Notes under the pieces: model-generated
Seen by the model: only the letters and a program-made list of their open reading frames with translations
The model's database searches: none
What the model was told of the DNA's origin: nothing
Position numbers and translations under genes: made by a program
Shown: piece after piece, positions 41,440 to 56,819 of the stretch
How the letters are laid out: every line of letters starts with the position of its first letter
How positions within the stretch are numbered: the first letter of the stretch is position 1
NCBI RefSeq assembly: GCF_009914755.1
Contig: NC_060946.1
Strand: one strand, 5' to 3'
Source: the human T2T-CHM13v2.0 reference genome, Homo sapiens
Length of the DNA stretch: 64,000 nucleotides

Positions 41440-42695
41440 GATAGCTAAATGGTAAATAAGCCTATTCAACATTATTAGTCATCAAAGAAATTCAAGTTAA
41501 AACTACAATGACATATCACCACACACCCTTGAAAATGGCTAAAATAAGGACTGATATTATCAAGTGTTGGGGAAGATGTGGAGCAACTAGAACTCTCATA
41601 CTCAATTTGGGAGTGCAAATTGGTTCAATCTCTTTGGAAAACTGTTTAGCAGTAGCTACAAAAGCTGAAAGCATAGACTGTGACCCAGTAATTTCATTTC
41701 TGGATATTACTACACATATATACACAGGAATGTTTATATATTTCCACCAAAGTGCCTACGCAAGAATATTCATAGCAGCACTATCTGTAATAGCCTAAAA
41801 CTAGAAACTACCTAAATGTCCATCAACAGGTTAAAAAAAGATAAATTGTGGTATGTTTCTATAATGCATTGTTACTCAGAAAGAAGAAGGATGAGGAGAA
41901 TGTAACAACATGAAAGAAACTCACTGCCCTAATATTGAGCACAAGAAACCAGAAATACATACAGAAAAGTATACCATACTCATTGTTCTATTTATATGAA
42001 ATTCAAGAACTGGCTAAACTAATCTATGATGACAGAAGTCAGAATATGATTACTTTTGGAAGGAGGAGCATTAACCAAAATGGGACATAAAGGAGGCTGT
42101 TGAGATACCTGAAATATTCTTGTCATAATCTGGGTAGTGTTGTATGGGTATTGCCATGTATTAAATTGTGTCTCCCCACACCTTCAAATTCATACTTTGA
42201 AGCCCTATTCCCCAATATGGTTATGTTTAAAACTAGGGCTTTTAGAAGGGAATTAAGGTTAAATGAGACCATCGGTTCCCTGATCCCATAAGATTAGCAT
42301 CCTTATAAAAGAAACAGCAGAGTTTGTGCGCTCACTCTGTCTTTCACTCTCTGTTTCTCTGTCTGTCTCCCCCTCTCTCCCTCTCTTCCTCCTGCTCTCT
42401 GCATGCATAGCACAAGGAAAGACCATGTGAATACACAGCAAGAACGTGGTGCTCTGCAAGTCAGAAACAGACCCGTCATCAGACACCAAATCAGCCAGCA
42501 CCTTGATCTAGGATTTCTGGCCTCCAAAACAGTGAGAAAATAAAATTCTGTTGTTTAAGCCATGCAGCCTGTTGTATTTCATTATGGCAGCCTGAGCAGA
42601 ATAAGACAGGTATATACAAATGCAAATTCTATTAAGAAATCTGTATCTTTTACCCTATTGAAGTAAGTTATACCTCAATTGAAGAATAAATAAAA
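41440..42695 (+). mobile_element. Old L1 (L1ME-like) 3' end
   Basis: ORF 41508-41798 resembles the ORF2 C-terminus (MTYHHTPLKMAKI...KCW...FIAAL). Confidence 0.8.
42152..42608 (+). mobile_element. MaLR LTR, MLT1A-like
   Basis: TG...CA ends with 5-bp TSD GGTAT at 42147-42151 and 42609-42613. Confidence 0.88.
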
Positions 42696-43134
42696 GAGAA
42701 AGAAGGAGCAGCACAACCTTGTTTGTATTCCCAACCTGGTGAGTGGGTGATATAGGTTGCCTCTCACTGTGCCCACTCAGCTGATGAGAAAAGTGCAGCT
42801 TTGAGTGAAGAAGTGACATGTGGCTATGGTGGCAGAACTAGGCACATAATCCAGTTCAGTTTGGTGAACAATGACAATGTGTGCCCTTTGCAAGCCCCAC
42901 GGTGGACATTGCTGTCAGGAGTGGCCTCACAGGAGGTGCCCAGGCCTTAAAGGTAAATAAGCATTTACAATACGGTGTGGTCCACACTGTGATGGGCTTC
43001 ACGGAGGTCACAAGAGCGCCGAAGGACCACCTAGCATAGCCCAGGATGTGGGAGTGGAAACCTGAGCCAAGACTTCAGGGGTACCAGACAAATCCTGTAC
43101 TTCCCCTTCTCCCAAAGTCAGCCTGGAGCTCCAT

Positions 43135-43292
43135 GTCTTGCTCCTTAAAGTGTGGTCCACAGACCAGCAGTCTCTGTCACCTGGATGCTGGCTGAAATTG
43201 TAGAATTGCGGCTCCACCCAGGCCTACTGCATCAGCATCTGCTTTTTACCAAGATCCCCTGGGAAAGCACACTCGCACTGGAAAAGTGCTGG
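43135..43292. mobile_element. MER5A-like hAT-Charlie element
   Basis: AAAGTGTGGTCCACAGACCAGCAG...TCAGCATCTGCTTTTTACCAAGATCCCC. Confidence 0.75.
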
Positions 43293-44729
43293 TCTGTATA
43301 TTTCAGAAGGACACTGGGAGCCATGGACAGCTCTAAACACAAAGTGGCATCCTCCCAGAGCTGAATCCCCCACCGTCTCTATCTTGGCCACAAACACTTC
43401 TGAGCACCAGGACATCCACTCAATTCCCACTGACCCAGGTGACTAGGTCCCAGGAGATTGTGTGTCTATATTCACCTCCCCAACAGAGCAAGTCTGGCCC
43501 TAGCAGGTGTGCAAGCCAGTGATCTGGCAATTAGAGCCACTGATTGGAAAATGGGCTGCTTACCTGCGACAAAGGAGGGCTTCTCTTCTCTGAGGCCTTA
43601 GACAAAGCAGGCTTCCAGGGCAGCTAATTACCTGATAGGTAGCAAAGCTATCACCTACTGGGCCTTTTAGCTCAGTTAATAGAGCAATTTGCCCAGCCTT
43701 TTGTCCTTCTCTTGTTGTGATTTCTTGACCTACAATCGTTTTACAAAATGAGAAAGTTACACAAACGCTGCTTAATCCGGAGTTCAGAACTTGGGGCCCA
43801 GCTTCTGGCCAGGCCAGCAGCAAAGCTACTGTAGAACCAGGTACCTAGGAAAAGATGTGGGTCCCTGCTCCTGGGTTTGTAGACCAAACAGAGTATATGA
43901 ATGATGGCACAGTTTGCAGATTGTCCTATGAAATAATTTAAATAAGATCATCTATATGGGGATTAGTAAAATGTAAGCTCTATTGAAGGATAGCAGTTAT
44001 TTTCTTAGACCAGGTCATTGAAATTTAATGTGAACACTTTCATATCAAAATGCACACACTGTAAGAGCTAAGGTGTCCAATCATTCCAGTTTGCCATAAG
44101 CAAGATCCCAGGCCCTGTCCTCATGGAGCTGGGAGTCTAATGGGGGGAAAGAAAAGAAACAAGTAAGAAAATAAAATAGTTACCCATGATAAGTGATATG
44201 TTGGAAACAAAGAAAGAAAGGCCATAGAGTGGCCCAGGAAGGCTTCTCCAATGCCTGACAAATGTCAAGTGTCCAGCCATTTGAAGAGATGTGTATGGGG
44301 TTTGAGAGAGAGAAAAGTGGGAGTTCCAAGAAGATGCAGCAGCAAGTGCAAGTGTCCTGAGACAGGGCAGAGCTTGGTGTGTGAGATGTCAGAAGCCTGG
44401 CATAGACTGTGTTTGTGTGTGTGTGTGTGTGTGTACACAAATGCACACTTGTATGCCTCTGCTGAGGGCAGTGAGAGGAGATGGGGTCAAGGTTGAAGTA
44501 GTGAGCAAAGTCCAGACCATGCAGAACTCATAGACCATGGTAGGAGTTGGAATTTTACTCTGAGTATAATAGAAAGCATTAAAGTGTTGGCCCTACTATT
44601 CCTTTCCCTAATTTCTCAAGTCAAATACATTGCTCATTACTTGTCAGTCATCCTCCTTTTGAAACAGATTCATTTTAGGTCTGTATATCTGCCACTAAGT
44701 GCAGCTATAGCTGCTTTGCATAATTTTTT

Positions 44730-47700
44730 TAACTAATAAACTTTACTGTGTTTTAGGATCACAGCAAAATTGAATGGAAACAACCGAGAGCTCCCATATG
44801 CCCCCTGTCCCCCACATATGCACAAGTTCCCTCACTGTTGAAATCCCCCACCACTGTGGTACACGTGCTACAGTAAATGAACTTACATTGACACATCATT
44901 AGCATCCAATGTCCATAGTTTACATTAGGCTTCACTCTTGGTGTCAGACATTCTATGGATTTGTACAAGTGTGTAATGACATGTACCCATACCTGTAGTA
45001 TTATACAGAATGGTTTCTCTGCCCTAAAAATCTTCTGTGCCCCACCTATTCATCCTTCCCTGAGCCTACCCCATAGAAACCACTGATATTTTTAACTATC
45101 TCTACAGGTTTGCCTCTTACAGACTGTCATATATTTGGAAACATACAGTATGTAGGCTTTTTAGACTGGCTTCTTTCATTTTGTAATATGCATTCAAGTT
45201 TCCTTCATGTCTTCTTATGGCTTAATAGCTCATTTCTTTCAGTGCTGAATAATATTTCATTGTCTGAATGTACCACCGTTTACTCATTCGCCTACTGATG
45301 GACGTCTCAGTTGCTTTCACATTTTGCCAATTCAGAATACAGTTTCTATAAATATCCATATACAGGTTTTCTGTGAAAAGTTTCTACTCCCTCAGGTAAA
45401 AGCCAAGGAGTTCAACTGGTGGATTGTATGATAAAAGTATGTTTTGTTTTGTAAGAAACAGCCAAACTGTCTTCCAAAGTGGCTGTACCATTTATTTGCC
45501 TTCCCATCAGCAATGAATGAGAGTTCCTGCGGCTCTATATCCTTGCCAGCATTTGGTATTGTCAGTGTTTTGGATTTGGGTCATTCTAATAGGTCTGTAG
45601 TAGTATTTCATTGTTGTTTTAATTTGCATTTCCCTGATGACATACTATGCAGAACATCTTTTCATAGCTTATTTCCCACCTATACCTTCTTTGGTGAGGT
45701 GTCTGTAAAGGTTTCTGGGCCACTTTTTAATAGGGTTGTTTGTTGTCAAGTTTTAAGAGTCCTGTGTATATTTTGGACAGCAATCCTTTATCACATATGT
45801 CTCTTGCAAATATTTTCTCCAAGCTCTCTTAACATTGTTTCTTGCAGGCAGAAAATTTTAATTTTAATTTTAATGAAGTACGGCTTATCAATTATTTCTT
45901 TCATGGATTGTGCCCTTGGTGTTGTACTTAAAAAGTCACCACCAAACCCAAGGTCATCTAGATTTTCTCCTATGTTATCTCTAGGAGTTTTAGAGTTTTG
46001 CATTTTACATTTAAGTCTGTGATCTATCTTGAGTGAAGGGTAAAAGATTTGCACGTAGATTGACTTTTTTTTGCATGTGGATATCTTGTTGTTCCAACAC
46101 CATTTATTGAAAAGAGTATCTTTGCTCCATTGCAATGCCTTTGCTCATTTTGTGAAGATCAGCTAACTATATTTCCATGAGGCTACTTCTGGGCTCTCTG
46201 TTCTCTTCCATTGCTCTAGTTTTTTTCTTTCACCAATACCATACTGTCTTGATTACTGTAGCTTAATAGTAAGTCTTAAAAGTCAGATAGTGTCAGGTCT
46301 GTTTGTTCTCCTTCAGTATTGAGTCGGCTATTCTGGGTCTTTGGCCTCTCCATATAAATTTTGGTTTTGTTGTTTTCTTTTGTTTTTCTTCTTGTAGAGA
46401 CAAGGTCTTGCTATGTTGTGCCCAAGCTGGTCTCAAACTCCTGGCTTCAAGCATTTTCCCATCTCAGCCTCCCAAAGTGCTGGAATTACAGGTGTGAGCC
46501 ACTGTGCTCACCAGTTTATATAAACTTCATAATCAGTTTTCCAATATCCACAAAATAACTGTCTGGGATTTGATTGGGTATTGCATTGAATCTTGATGGA
46601 TCAACTTGGGAAGAACTGACATCTTGACAATATTGGGTCCTCCTATCCATAAACTTGGAATACCTTCCCATTTATTAAGTTATTATTTAGTATCTTTCAT
46701 CAGAGTTTTGTGGTTTTCCTCACATAGATTTTGTACATTTTTTTAGATTTATACCTAAATGTTTTATTTTAAATGGAAATAATATGCTTTTTATTTTAAA
46801 TTTCATTTGTTCATTGCTGGCATTTAGAAAAGTGATTGACTTTTGTATATTAACCTTGTATTTTGTAACCTTGCTATAATTAGTTCCAGGCATTCTTTTG
46901 TTGATTCTTTCACATTTTGTACATAGACAAGTCATGTCATCTATGAACAAAGACAGCTTTATTTCTTTCTTCCCAATCTGTATGCCTTTTATTTTATTTT
47001 CTAGTCTTACTGCATTAGCCAGGATGTATATTGAAAAGGAGTGCTATGAGGGGATATCCTTGCCTTGTTCCTGACCTTAGTGGGAAAGCTTTGAGTTTCT
47101 CACTGTTAATCATGAGGTTAGCTGTAGCTTTTTTTTAGATGTTCTTTATCAAGTTGAGGAAGTTCCCCTCTTTTCCTAGTTTGCTGAAAGATTTTATTAT
47201 GAATGGGTATTGAACTCTGTCAAATGCATTTTCTGCATCTATTGAAAACAAATTTTTTTCTTCACCCTGTTGATGTAATGAATTACACTTATTGATTTTT
47301 GAATGTTAAACCAGTGCCACATATATAGAATAAATCTCACTTAGCTGTGGTATATAATTTTTATATGTTGTTGAATTCAATTTTCTAATATTTTGAGAAT
47401 TTTTACATGTACATTCATGAGAGATATTGGTTTCTAGTTTTCTTGTAATACTTTTTCTGGTTTTGGTTTTAGGGTAATACTGGCCTTATAGAGTTAGTTA
47501 AGAAGTAGTTACTCTGCTTCTATCTTGTAAAAGAGGTTGTAGAGAATTGGCATAATTTCATCCTTAAATGTTTGTTAGAATTCACCAATGAGTGTATCTG
47601 GGCCTAGTGCTTTCTGTTTTGGAAGGTAATTAATTATTTATCCAATTTCTCTAATAGATACGGGCCTATTCAGATAGTCTGCTTCCTCTTGTGTGAGTGT

Positions 47701-50700
47701 GTCTTTCAAGGTATTGGTCTCTTTCATCTAGATTATCAAATCTGTGGACATAGACTTGTCCATAATATTTCTTTATTATCATTTCCATGTCCGTGGGATA
47801 TATAATGATGTTCTTTCTTTCATTTCTGATATTAGTAATTTGTGTCTTCTTTCTTTTTCTTAGGCCAAGTAGAGACTTATCAATTTTATTAATCTTTTCA
47901 AAGAACCAGCTTTCCGTTTCATTGATTTTCTCAATTGATTTCCTGCTTTCAATTTTATTACTTTCAGCTCTAGTTTTTATTATTTCTTTTCTTCTGTTTA
48001 CTTTAGATTAGATTTTCTCCTTTTTTCTAGTTTCCTAAAGTAGAAATTTAGATTATTGATTTTCAATCTTATTTTTAAAACATGCATCTATGCTATAAAT
48101 TTCCCTCTAAGCACTGCTTTCACTGCATCCCACAAATTTCGACAAGATGTATTTCCATTTTCATTTATTTCAAAATAATTCTTAACTTCCCTTAAGATTT
48201 CTTCTGTGATCCAATTCTATTTTAGAAGTATGTTGTTTCATCTTCAGGTATTTGGGGATTTTGCAGCTATCTTTCGGTTATTTATTCCTAATTGTGCTCT
48301 GAGAGCAGACATTGTATGATTTCTATTGTTTAAATTTGTTAAGGCATATTTTATAGCCCAAAATGTGGTCTACCTTGGTGGATGTTACATATGAGTTTGA
48401 GAAGAATGTGCATTGTGCTATTGCAGGATAAAATTGTCTATAGATGTCAATTATATCCTCTTGATTGATGGTGCTGTTGAGTTCAAGTTCAACCACGTTC
48501 TTGCTGATTTTCTGCCTTCTGGAACTGTTCCTTTCTAATAGGGGGGTGTTAAAGTCTCCAGTTACACTGGTGGATTTATCTATATCTCCTTGAGGCTCTA
48601 TTGGTTTGTGCCTCATGCAGTTCAATGCTCTGTTGTTAGGTACCTCTGTATTAACAATTATTATATCTTCTTAGAGTATTGACCTCTTTATCATTATATA
48701 ATGCCTCTCTATTCCTGATACTTTCATTGCTTTGAAGTCTACTCTGTCTGAAATTATTATATAGCTACTCCAGCTTTCTTTTGATTGGTGTTAGCATGAG
48801 CTACCTTTCTCTACTCTTTTCCCTTTATCCTATATATCTTTATATTTAAAGTGGGTTTCTTTTGGACAGCATATAGTTGAGTCTTGTTTTCTGACCCACT
48901 CTGATAATCATTGTCTCTTAATTGGTATATTTAGACCATTGACATTTAAAGTAATTATTGATATAATTGAATTAATATCTATTATATTTGTTACTGTTTC
49001 CTATTTGTTGTCTTTGGTTTTTTGTTCCTAATTTTGTCTTCTACACTTTTTCTGACTTTTGATGCTTTACTTGAGCACCTTATACAATTTCAGCCTCTCT
49101 CCATTCTTAACATATCGGTTATACTCATTTTTCAAGAGTTTGCAACATACATTCACAACGAATCCAAGTCTACTTTTCAATAACACTATACCTCTTCATT
49201 GTTAGTGCAACTACCTTGTAATGACAAAATATTCCAAATTCCTCCCTCCTGACCCTGTATCATTGAAGTCATTATTTTCACTTATGCATATGTGTGTGTG
49301 CCTGTGTGTATGTAATCAAATACATTGTTGCTGTTATTATTTTAAACAAATTCTTATCAGTTAACACAATTTGAAATAAGAAAAACAGAAGTTTTCATTT
49401 TAATTTCAATTATTTATTCTCTGATGCTCTTTGTGTAGAGCTGAACTTCTGCTACATTATCATTTTCCTTCTCCCTGAAGAACTTCTTTCAACATTTCTT
49501 TCAAGGCAGGTCTACTGACACCAAAATTTCTCAATTTTTGTTTGAGAAAGTATTTATCTCTCACATTTAAAGGATAATTTTGCAGGGTACAGAATTCTAG
49601 ATTGGTGGGGTTTTTTTCTGTTATACTTTCACTCTCTTCCAGTTTGTATGGTTCCTGAGGAGACATTGGATGTAATTCTTACTTTGCTGCTCTATAAGTA
49701 AGGTGTTTCTTCCCTCTGGTTTCTTCAATAATTTTTCTAATTTTTGACTTTCAGAAGTTTGAATATATGTTGAGGTGTTAAGTTTTTTGGCATTTTTCCT
49801 GTTTGGTATTCTCTGACCTTCCTGGATTTACGTTTTGATGTCTGACATTAATTTGGGAAGATTCTCCATTATTGCTCTAATATTGCTTCTGTTCTCTTCT
49901 CTTTTATTCTTCTGATATTGTCATTATGCATATGTTATTTACACCTTTTGTACCTGTCTCATAGTTCTTGGACATTCTGTTATGGGTTTTTTTTTTCAGT
50001 CTTTTTTCTCTTTGCTTTTCAGCTTTGAAAGTTTCTGGTGTCATATCCTCAAGCTCAGATATTCTTTATTCAGTCATGTCTGGTCTACTAATGAGCCCGT
50101 CAAAGGCATTCTTATTTCTGTTACAGTGTTTTTTATCTCTAGAATTTTTTATTCCTTCTTAGAATTCCCATCTCACTGCTTACTTTGTTCATCTCTTTTT
50201 GCATGTTGTCTACTTTTTTCATTAAAGCCCTTAGAATATTCTAAAGGGCTTAATATCAATTATAGTTTTTTAAAAATTCTGTTCTGATCATCTCAACATT
50301 CCTGCCATATATGATCTGGTTCTGATGCTTGTTTAATATCTTCAAACTGTGCTTTTTCTACTTTTTGTATGCCTGTAATTTCTTGTTAAAAGGTGAACAT
50401 AATGTACTGGGTACAAGGAACTATGATAAATAGCCCTTTAGTAATGTGGTGGTAAGCTGTGTGGGGAGAAAAAGTATTCTATAACCCTGTGATTAGGTCT
50501 CAGTCTTTTGGTATGAATTTCACTAGTGCTGCTAAGTTATTTTCCCCTCTTAGGTGGGACAGAATTCCTAGAGGTAGGTGGATTTGGGTATTTGCCTTTC
50601 CCCACATGGAAGGCTAGAGCCAGCTAGAATAGGATATTTTCCTTTCCCCAGATGGGTTCGGTTCTTCTGAGGATAGGACTTGCTAAGAACAATCAAAATG

Positions 50701-51165
50701 GCAAAATGGGTCCTTTTCCACATACTCTGATGGAAGCATGGGAATATTTTTTTCCTGTATTTACTATGAATTTACTATGAGAACCTGGCAAACTTCCTGG
50801 AGGTAAAACTCACAAACATGTGGTAGCTCCCTATAAACTGGATCCCCCGGGAGTTTTTAACTCTCAGACTTGTCCACACCAAGCATCCAGAAATTTGTCG
50901 ATTCCAGTTTAGGTTTTCCATCTCTGGCACTGGTTCCCACTGAGGTTTCTGCTAATGGATTTCTGCTATGATAAATTGTGATTCTCTGTATCCACCTGTT
51001 CATCGCTCCAGTTTTGGGGGCAGTGGTTTGCTCTGTGATCTCTTTTCCCCCGACATGTTTAACAAGTGTTGTTGACATTTCCTTGTTTTCATTCTTTTAC
51101 TTGTTGTTAGGACAGAGCAGCAATTTTTAAGTTCCTTACATGCTGGATTAAAAGCCAGAAATCTG
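44730..51165 (-). mobile_element. Near full-length L1MC (L1MC1-like), ~6.4 kb, inserted in an older L1M
   Basis: ORF2-like peptides QWSKDTLFNKWCW, YSKVTKYKVNIQKS and GDFNTPL; flanks TAATTTTTTT on both sides; contains an Alu monomer at ~46360-46512. Confidence 0.88.
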
Positions 51166-51847
51166 TAATTTTTTTCTCTGTTTTTAATCATCATTCAAGA
51201 CTAAATATTTGTGGTTAATTTCATTACAATGTCTTCTTTAATAATTGAATTACTTATACGTGTTTTAATATCTAAACATATGATAAGGAAAAACTTGTCT
51301 TTTTTTCTTTTTTTCCATAATGGTCAATGACAAAATGTGGATTATTTGAAATATACTGAGACTAGCCCTGTAGTCTGGTAAATGGTAAATATTCTATACG
51401 TAGTTAAAAATGTTTTGCATTCTCTAATCACTTCAGGCACACATCTATAAACACCAGTTTATAGAGTTTCATTATTCACAAGTTTCGTTATTCAAATTTC
51501 CTACGTGCATATTAACTTTTTGTCTCCTTGATCTATCATTTTCGGAGAGCTATGCTAAACATTTCTCATTACAATTATGAATTTGCCTATGTCTTCTGTC
51601 AATTTTTTAACATATACTTTGGGGCTTTGTAAGAGGGGACATATAGGTTCAGAATTGTCTTGCTGGCACATTTTGGCTTCCAACTTTACATAATGAGCCT
51701 TTCCCTAATGATTTCTCTACTTTATCTGATATTGCTACAGTATTTCTTTTAGTTTAATATTTACCTGGTTTGTCTTTTTACATTCTTTACTTTCAGTAAC
51801 TGGTTTTCTTTAGTCTTAGGTGGGTCACTTGCAAATAATATATACGT

Positions 51848-52148
51848 GGCCAGGCACAGTGGCTCACACCTGTAATCCCAGATCTTTAGGAGGCTGAGGT
51901 GTGTGGATCACTTGCTCTCAGGAGTTTGAGACCAGCCTCCTCTTTTGGTGAGACCTCATCTCCACAAAAAATACAAAAATTACCCGGGCATGGTGGTACG
52001 CACCTGTAGTCCCTGCTACTCAGGAGGCTGAGGTGGGAGGATGGCTTGAGCCTGGGAGGCAAAGGTTGCAGTAAGGTAAGATCGCACGTCTATTCCAGCT
52101 TGGGCAACAGAGTGAGACCTTGTCTTCAAAATAATAATAATAATAAGA
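51848..52148 (+). mobile_element. AluJ
   Basis: Dimer with GGGAGGATGGCTTGAGCCTGGG; (AAT)n tail. Confidence 0.92.
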
Positions 52149-53348
52149 AGAAGTGGATTTTTTAAAAACTTTGTCCTTATTTAATCTAAATAAATGTATT
52201 TTCAGAATGACTTCTGATATATTTTAGCCTGCTTCTGATCCTCCCTACTCACTTTCTATTGTGTGATATTTTCCTTACATCCTCTCCCTTCTCTCTTTTA
52301 TTTAACGCTACTGATTTAGAAGTTATTTGTTCTATTTTATTCTTCCAGTGCCAACCCATACATTTTTAACATGCAAACTTGTCTTGAATGCTAAGATTTA
52401 TCATTGTTATTATCTTCCTGTCAAGCAATATAAGAACTCTAGAACTCCTAACTCTCCCCTTTCTTTCGTAACTGATATTTTAGTTTCATTTTTTTTAATT
52501 CTCTTAAACCATAGACATTATTATATCTATATTCTCTGTGCTGGTTTGGATTTCTTTAACATCTTTATCTATTTCTTTGCTCAGTGTTGCTTCTTCCATT
52601 CTATTTCTTCTCCCTACATTCCAATTTCTACTTATATCCTTTGGTAATTCTTTTAGTGAGTGTCTCTGAGAAGTAAGCTCTCTTCATTTTGTTTTAGAGT
52701 ATCTATATTTAACCTCCACCCTTTTATAATGGTTTAGTTGTGTGAAAGAAAAGAAAGAAAAGTTTAACCTGACAATCAGTTCCCTCAACACTTTGAAAAT
52801 ATTATATTTGGCCTCCCCACATATACTGGTGCTAAATAAAAATCCACTGTCAGTCTGATTCTTGTTCCTTCGAAGGCCATTTGTCTCTTCTGTCTAATAG
52901 TTTTTCAGATTTTTCCCTCTGTCTTTGGTGTTCTGCACTTTTATCAAGATGTGCCTTGGTCAAGACAGTTTGTTATTGATTGATTGATTCATTCATTTCT
53001 CTATTGAGAAGAAGGGCTCTGTGATCCACCAATCCGAAAACACACCTTTCCTCAGTTTTGTCTTTATCTCTTTGACTCATGCTCTCTCCCATCACCATTT
53101 TTCTGTTCTTTTGGAAGCCCTATCACACTTAAGTTGGATTCACTCATTCTGTCATCCATGTGTCTCAGTTGCCTTTCCATATGTCCCATGTCTTTATTTC
53201 TCCCTGACGTACCCAGGATAGTTTCTTCAAGCATATCTTCCTATTCATAATTTCTGTCTTCCCTTGTGTAATTTGCTGTTGGTCCTATCTATTGAGATTT
53301 TAATGATTGTGAGTAGATAGATAAATACATAAGGAGATAGACAGATAA

Positions 53349-53716
<368 letters not shown>

Positions 53717-54152
53717 TCAAACCTGCCTTTTATAGCATCCTCTTTGTTATTACATTTTCTTGTACTTTTTAAAATCTTTTTAATCCTCTTAAATATCACG
53801 TTTAAAAAATCTCCTTCAGACTACTCTATATGTTTGAGTTTTCCAGGTACTGATTTTTCATTAATCGCTCCTGCTGCTGGCCCTCCCCTGGCTGATTTGT
53901 TTCCTATGCTTCTCTGTGATTCTGCTTGTGAGCTTGTCTTCAGCAGAACTGACTGTTCCGGGGGATTCTAGTGTACCCTGAATTACAGTACAATCCACAT
54001 TGAGGGCTTTCTGGCTTCCTACTTTGCAGTTCAAGAGACTTCTATTGTCCTGGGCCAGTTCTTATGTTACTATCTTATTTGTGGTTCCCACACTACAGAG
54101 GAAGAGGGCATCTGTACTCCACATCCATGCATAGGGCAGGATAAGGTTTTGA

Positions 54153-54491
<339 letters not shown>

Positions 54492-55300
54492 TGATCCTTT
54501 GCCACTCTTAAAGCCCCATATTGTGGAGTTTCTGCCTGCTGCTCTCGGCTGGAGGTAGGGGTGAATTATTTCAGTCTATGTGATCCAGGAGCACTTTACA
54601 GAGTGAGGGGGAGGAGGAGGGCTTGTTTCTGAGCCCTTTGCTTTGTGACAGATCTGGTTGCCCATGGTGCTAGGACCCCAGACCCCAGCCTCAGGATTTG
54701 TGTCTGCTCTGGCCCTGAGGCTGGGATCTGAGGTCTTAACACCAGCCTGCTACTCTTAACGTCAGCTTCTCACACGGCCCCAGCTTGAACCTCTGTCTTC
54801 TGTCTTTGTTTCTGAATCCCGGGGATGTTCCTTCTTTTGTTCACACTGGGAAAATTTTTATAATTGTGTTTATTATTTGATTATATTGTATTCACAATTC
54901 TATGCATTTGTATTGAGAGAGGGGAAATGCTACACCAGCTCAGGCAACCATGATGCTGAAAGTCCTCCATGATTTACTATTTCTTTAGTGAAATATTTAA
55001 ATTGATACATCACATGCAAAATCATTAAAAAGGTACACGTCATAAGGTGCAGCATGATTTACAGCTCAAAGAATCCTCATTTAAGTCAACACACCTGTGT
55101 AACTAGCACCCAGACTAAGAAGTAGAAAGCTATCAGCACCCTAGAAGCCACATTTGCACCCCACTTTACTCAACCCCCTCAAAATAATTGTTACCCTGCC
55201 CATTGACCCCCCACAGTAGCTTTGCCTATTCTTGATTTTTATAAAATGGAAACATACAATATGTTCTTTTTTGCATCTCACTTCATTTACTCAATATTGT

Positions 55301-55684
55301 TGATATGGCTTGGCTCTGTGTCGCCACCCAAACCTCAGCTCAAATTGTAATCCCCACGTGTCGGGGGAGGGGCCTGCTGGGAGGTGATTGAATCATGGGG
55401 TGGACTTCCCCTTTGCTGTTCTCATGATAGTGACTGAGTTCTCATGAGATCCGGTTGTCTGAAAGTGTGTGGCACTTCCCCCTTTGCTTCCTCTGTCTCC
55501 TGCCACCATGTGAAGAAAGTGCTTGCTTCCCTTTCACTTTCTGCCATGATTGTAAGTTTCCTGAGGCCTCCCAATCATCCTTCCTGTTAAGCCTGCAGAA
55601 CTGTGAGTCAATTAAACCTCTTTTCTTCATAAATTACCCAGTCTCAGGTAGTTCTTTATAGCAGCGTGAGAACGGACGAATACA
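55301..55684 (+). mobile_element. MSTA-like MaLR LTR within an L1ME-like fragment (~54990-55930)
   Basis: TG...CA ends with 5-bp TSD ATTGT at 55296-55300 and 55685-55689. Confidence 0.92.
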
Positions 55685-56783
55685 ATTGTGTGTTGAGATT
55701 CATCCAAACTCTTATGCGCAGTTGTAGATCATTCGTTTTATTACTGTGTAGTATTCCATCATGTGAATAGACCATAATTTATGTATCCATTCTACTACTG
55801 ATGGGCAGTGGATGGCTATTACAAATACTACTGCTATAAATATTTGGTGACCATATGGGCTCATTGACGTTGGGTGTGTACATTGAAGTGGAATTGCTGG
55901 CTCATAGGTAAGTGCATGTCCAGATATACTTGCTTAGATCCTTCTTGCCCTCTCGTACTTGTCTATCTCCCCAGCTATGCTTAAGGGCCTCGAAGGCCAG
56001 GTCTCTGTCAGTATTCACTGCTCTCTGCTCAATACCTTATACACAGTGGGTGCTTAATAAATGCTTGCTGCATAAATAAAGGCATCAGTGAACCCAGGTG
56101 GCAGATCCAGGCCTGCCTATCAATCTCACCCCACCCCTACCTGCTCCCCCACACCTGGGGAGTCAGACGCAGAAGGGGGATGATGTCTGGAGGGTAACCA
56201 GCCCTGCATGTGAGGAGGACAGGGTTGGGGGATTGGGGAGTGGTGCCAGGGGCAGGCACTTGAGCAGCTGAGCAGACCCAGCCTGGCACTGGCTGCTGGT
56301 GTCTCCAGCCTTGGACACATTCGCAATGCAGAGCTCCTCACCTTCCCATTGGGCCACAACATCTTTTGAAATAGCCAAAACGTGTGACCTTCAGCCATGC
56401 CACAGCAGAGTCTTGGCCACCAGAAAATTCAACTGGACATGTACCTTTGCTTAACGCAGGATTTCAGGGAGCCTAGAGAGGAGGTTTTTGTTCCCAGTCT
56501 CCTATCATTTTCAGAAATGTCGAAAACGCTGACAGGTCTGGGAGAGGAAGCAATTCCCCTTTGAGCTAATCAATATAAGAGCCTCAAGGTGCCTCATGCC
56601 TGTGTCAAACATGGGGCTTTCAGCATCAAAGTGCTTGCAAGACTTGGTGAGTTCTTTTTTTCTTTTTTTTTTTTTTTTTTTTTTGTCTTTTTGGCCTGTC
56701 AGGTTGTAAGGACACTGTACCTTCAATACATACCAAAGTCACAATGTGTCTGGTTCCTGATCTCCTGCCATGTTCTCAAGAAA

Positions 56784-56819
<36 letters not shown>

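Noticed and set aside
45444-46022. 192-aa ORF
   Set aside because: Antisense reading of L1 ORF2 sequence
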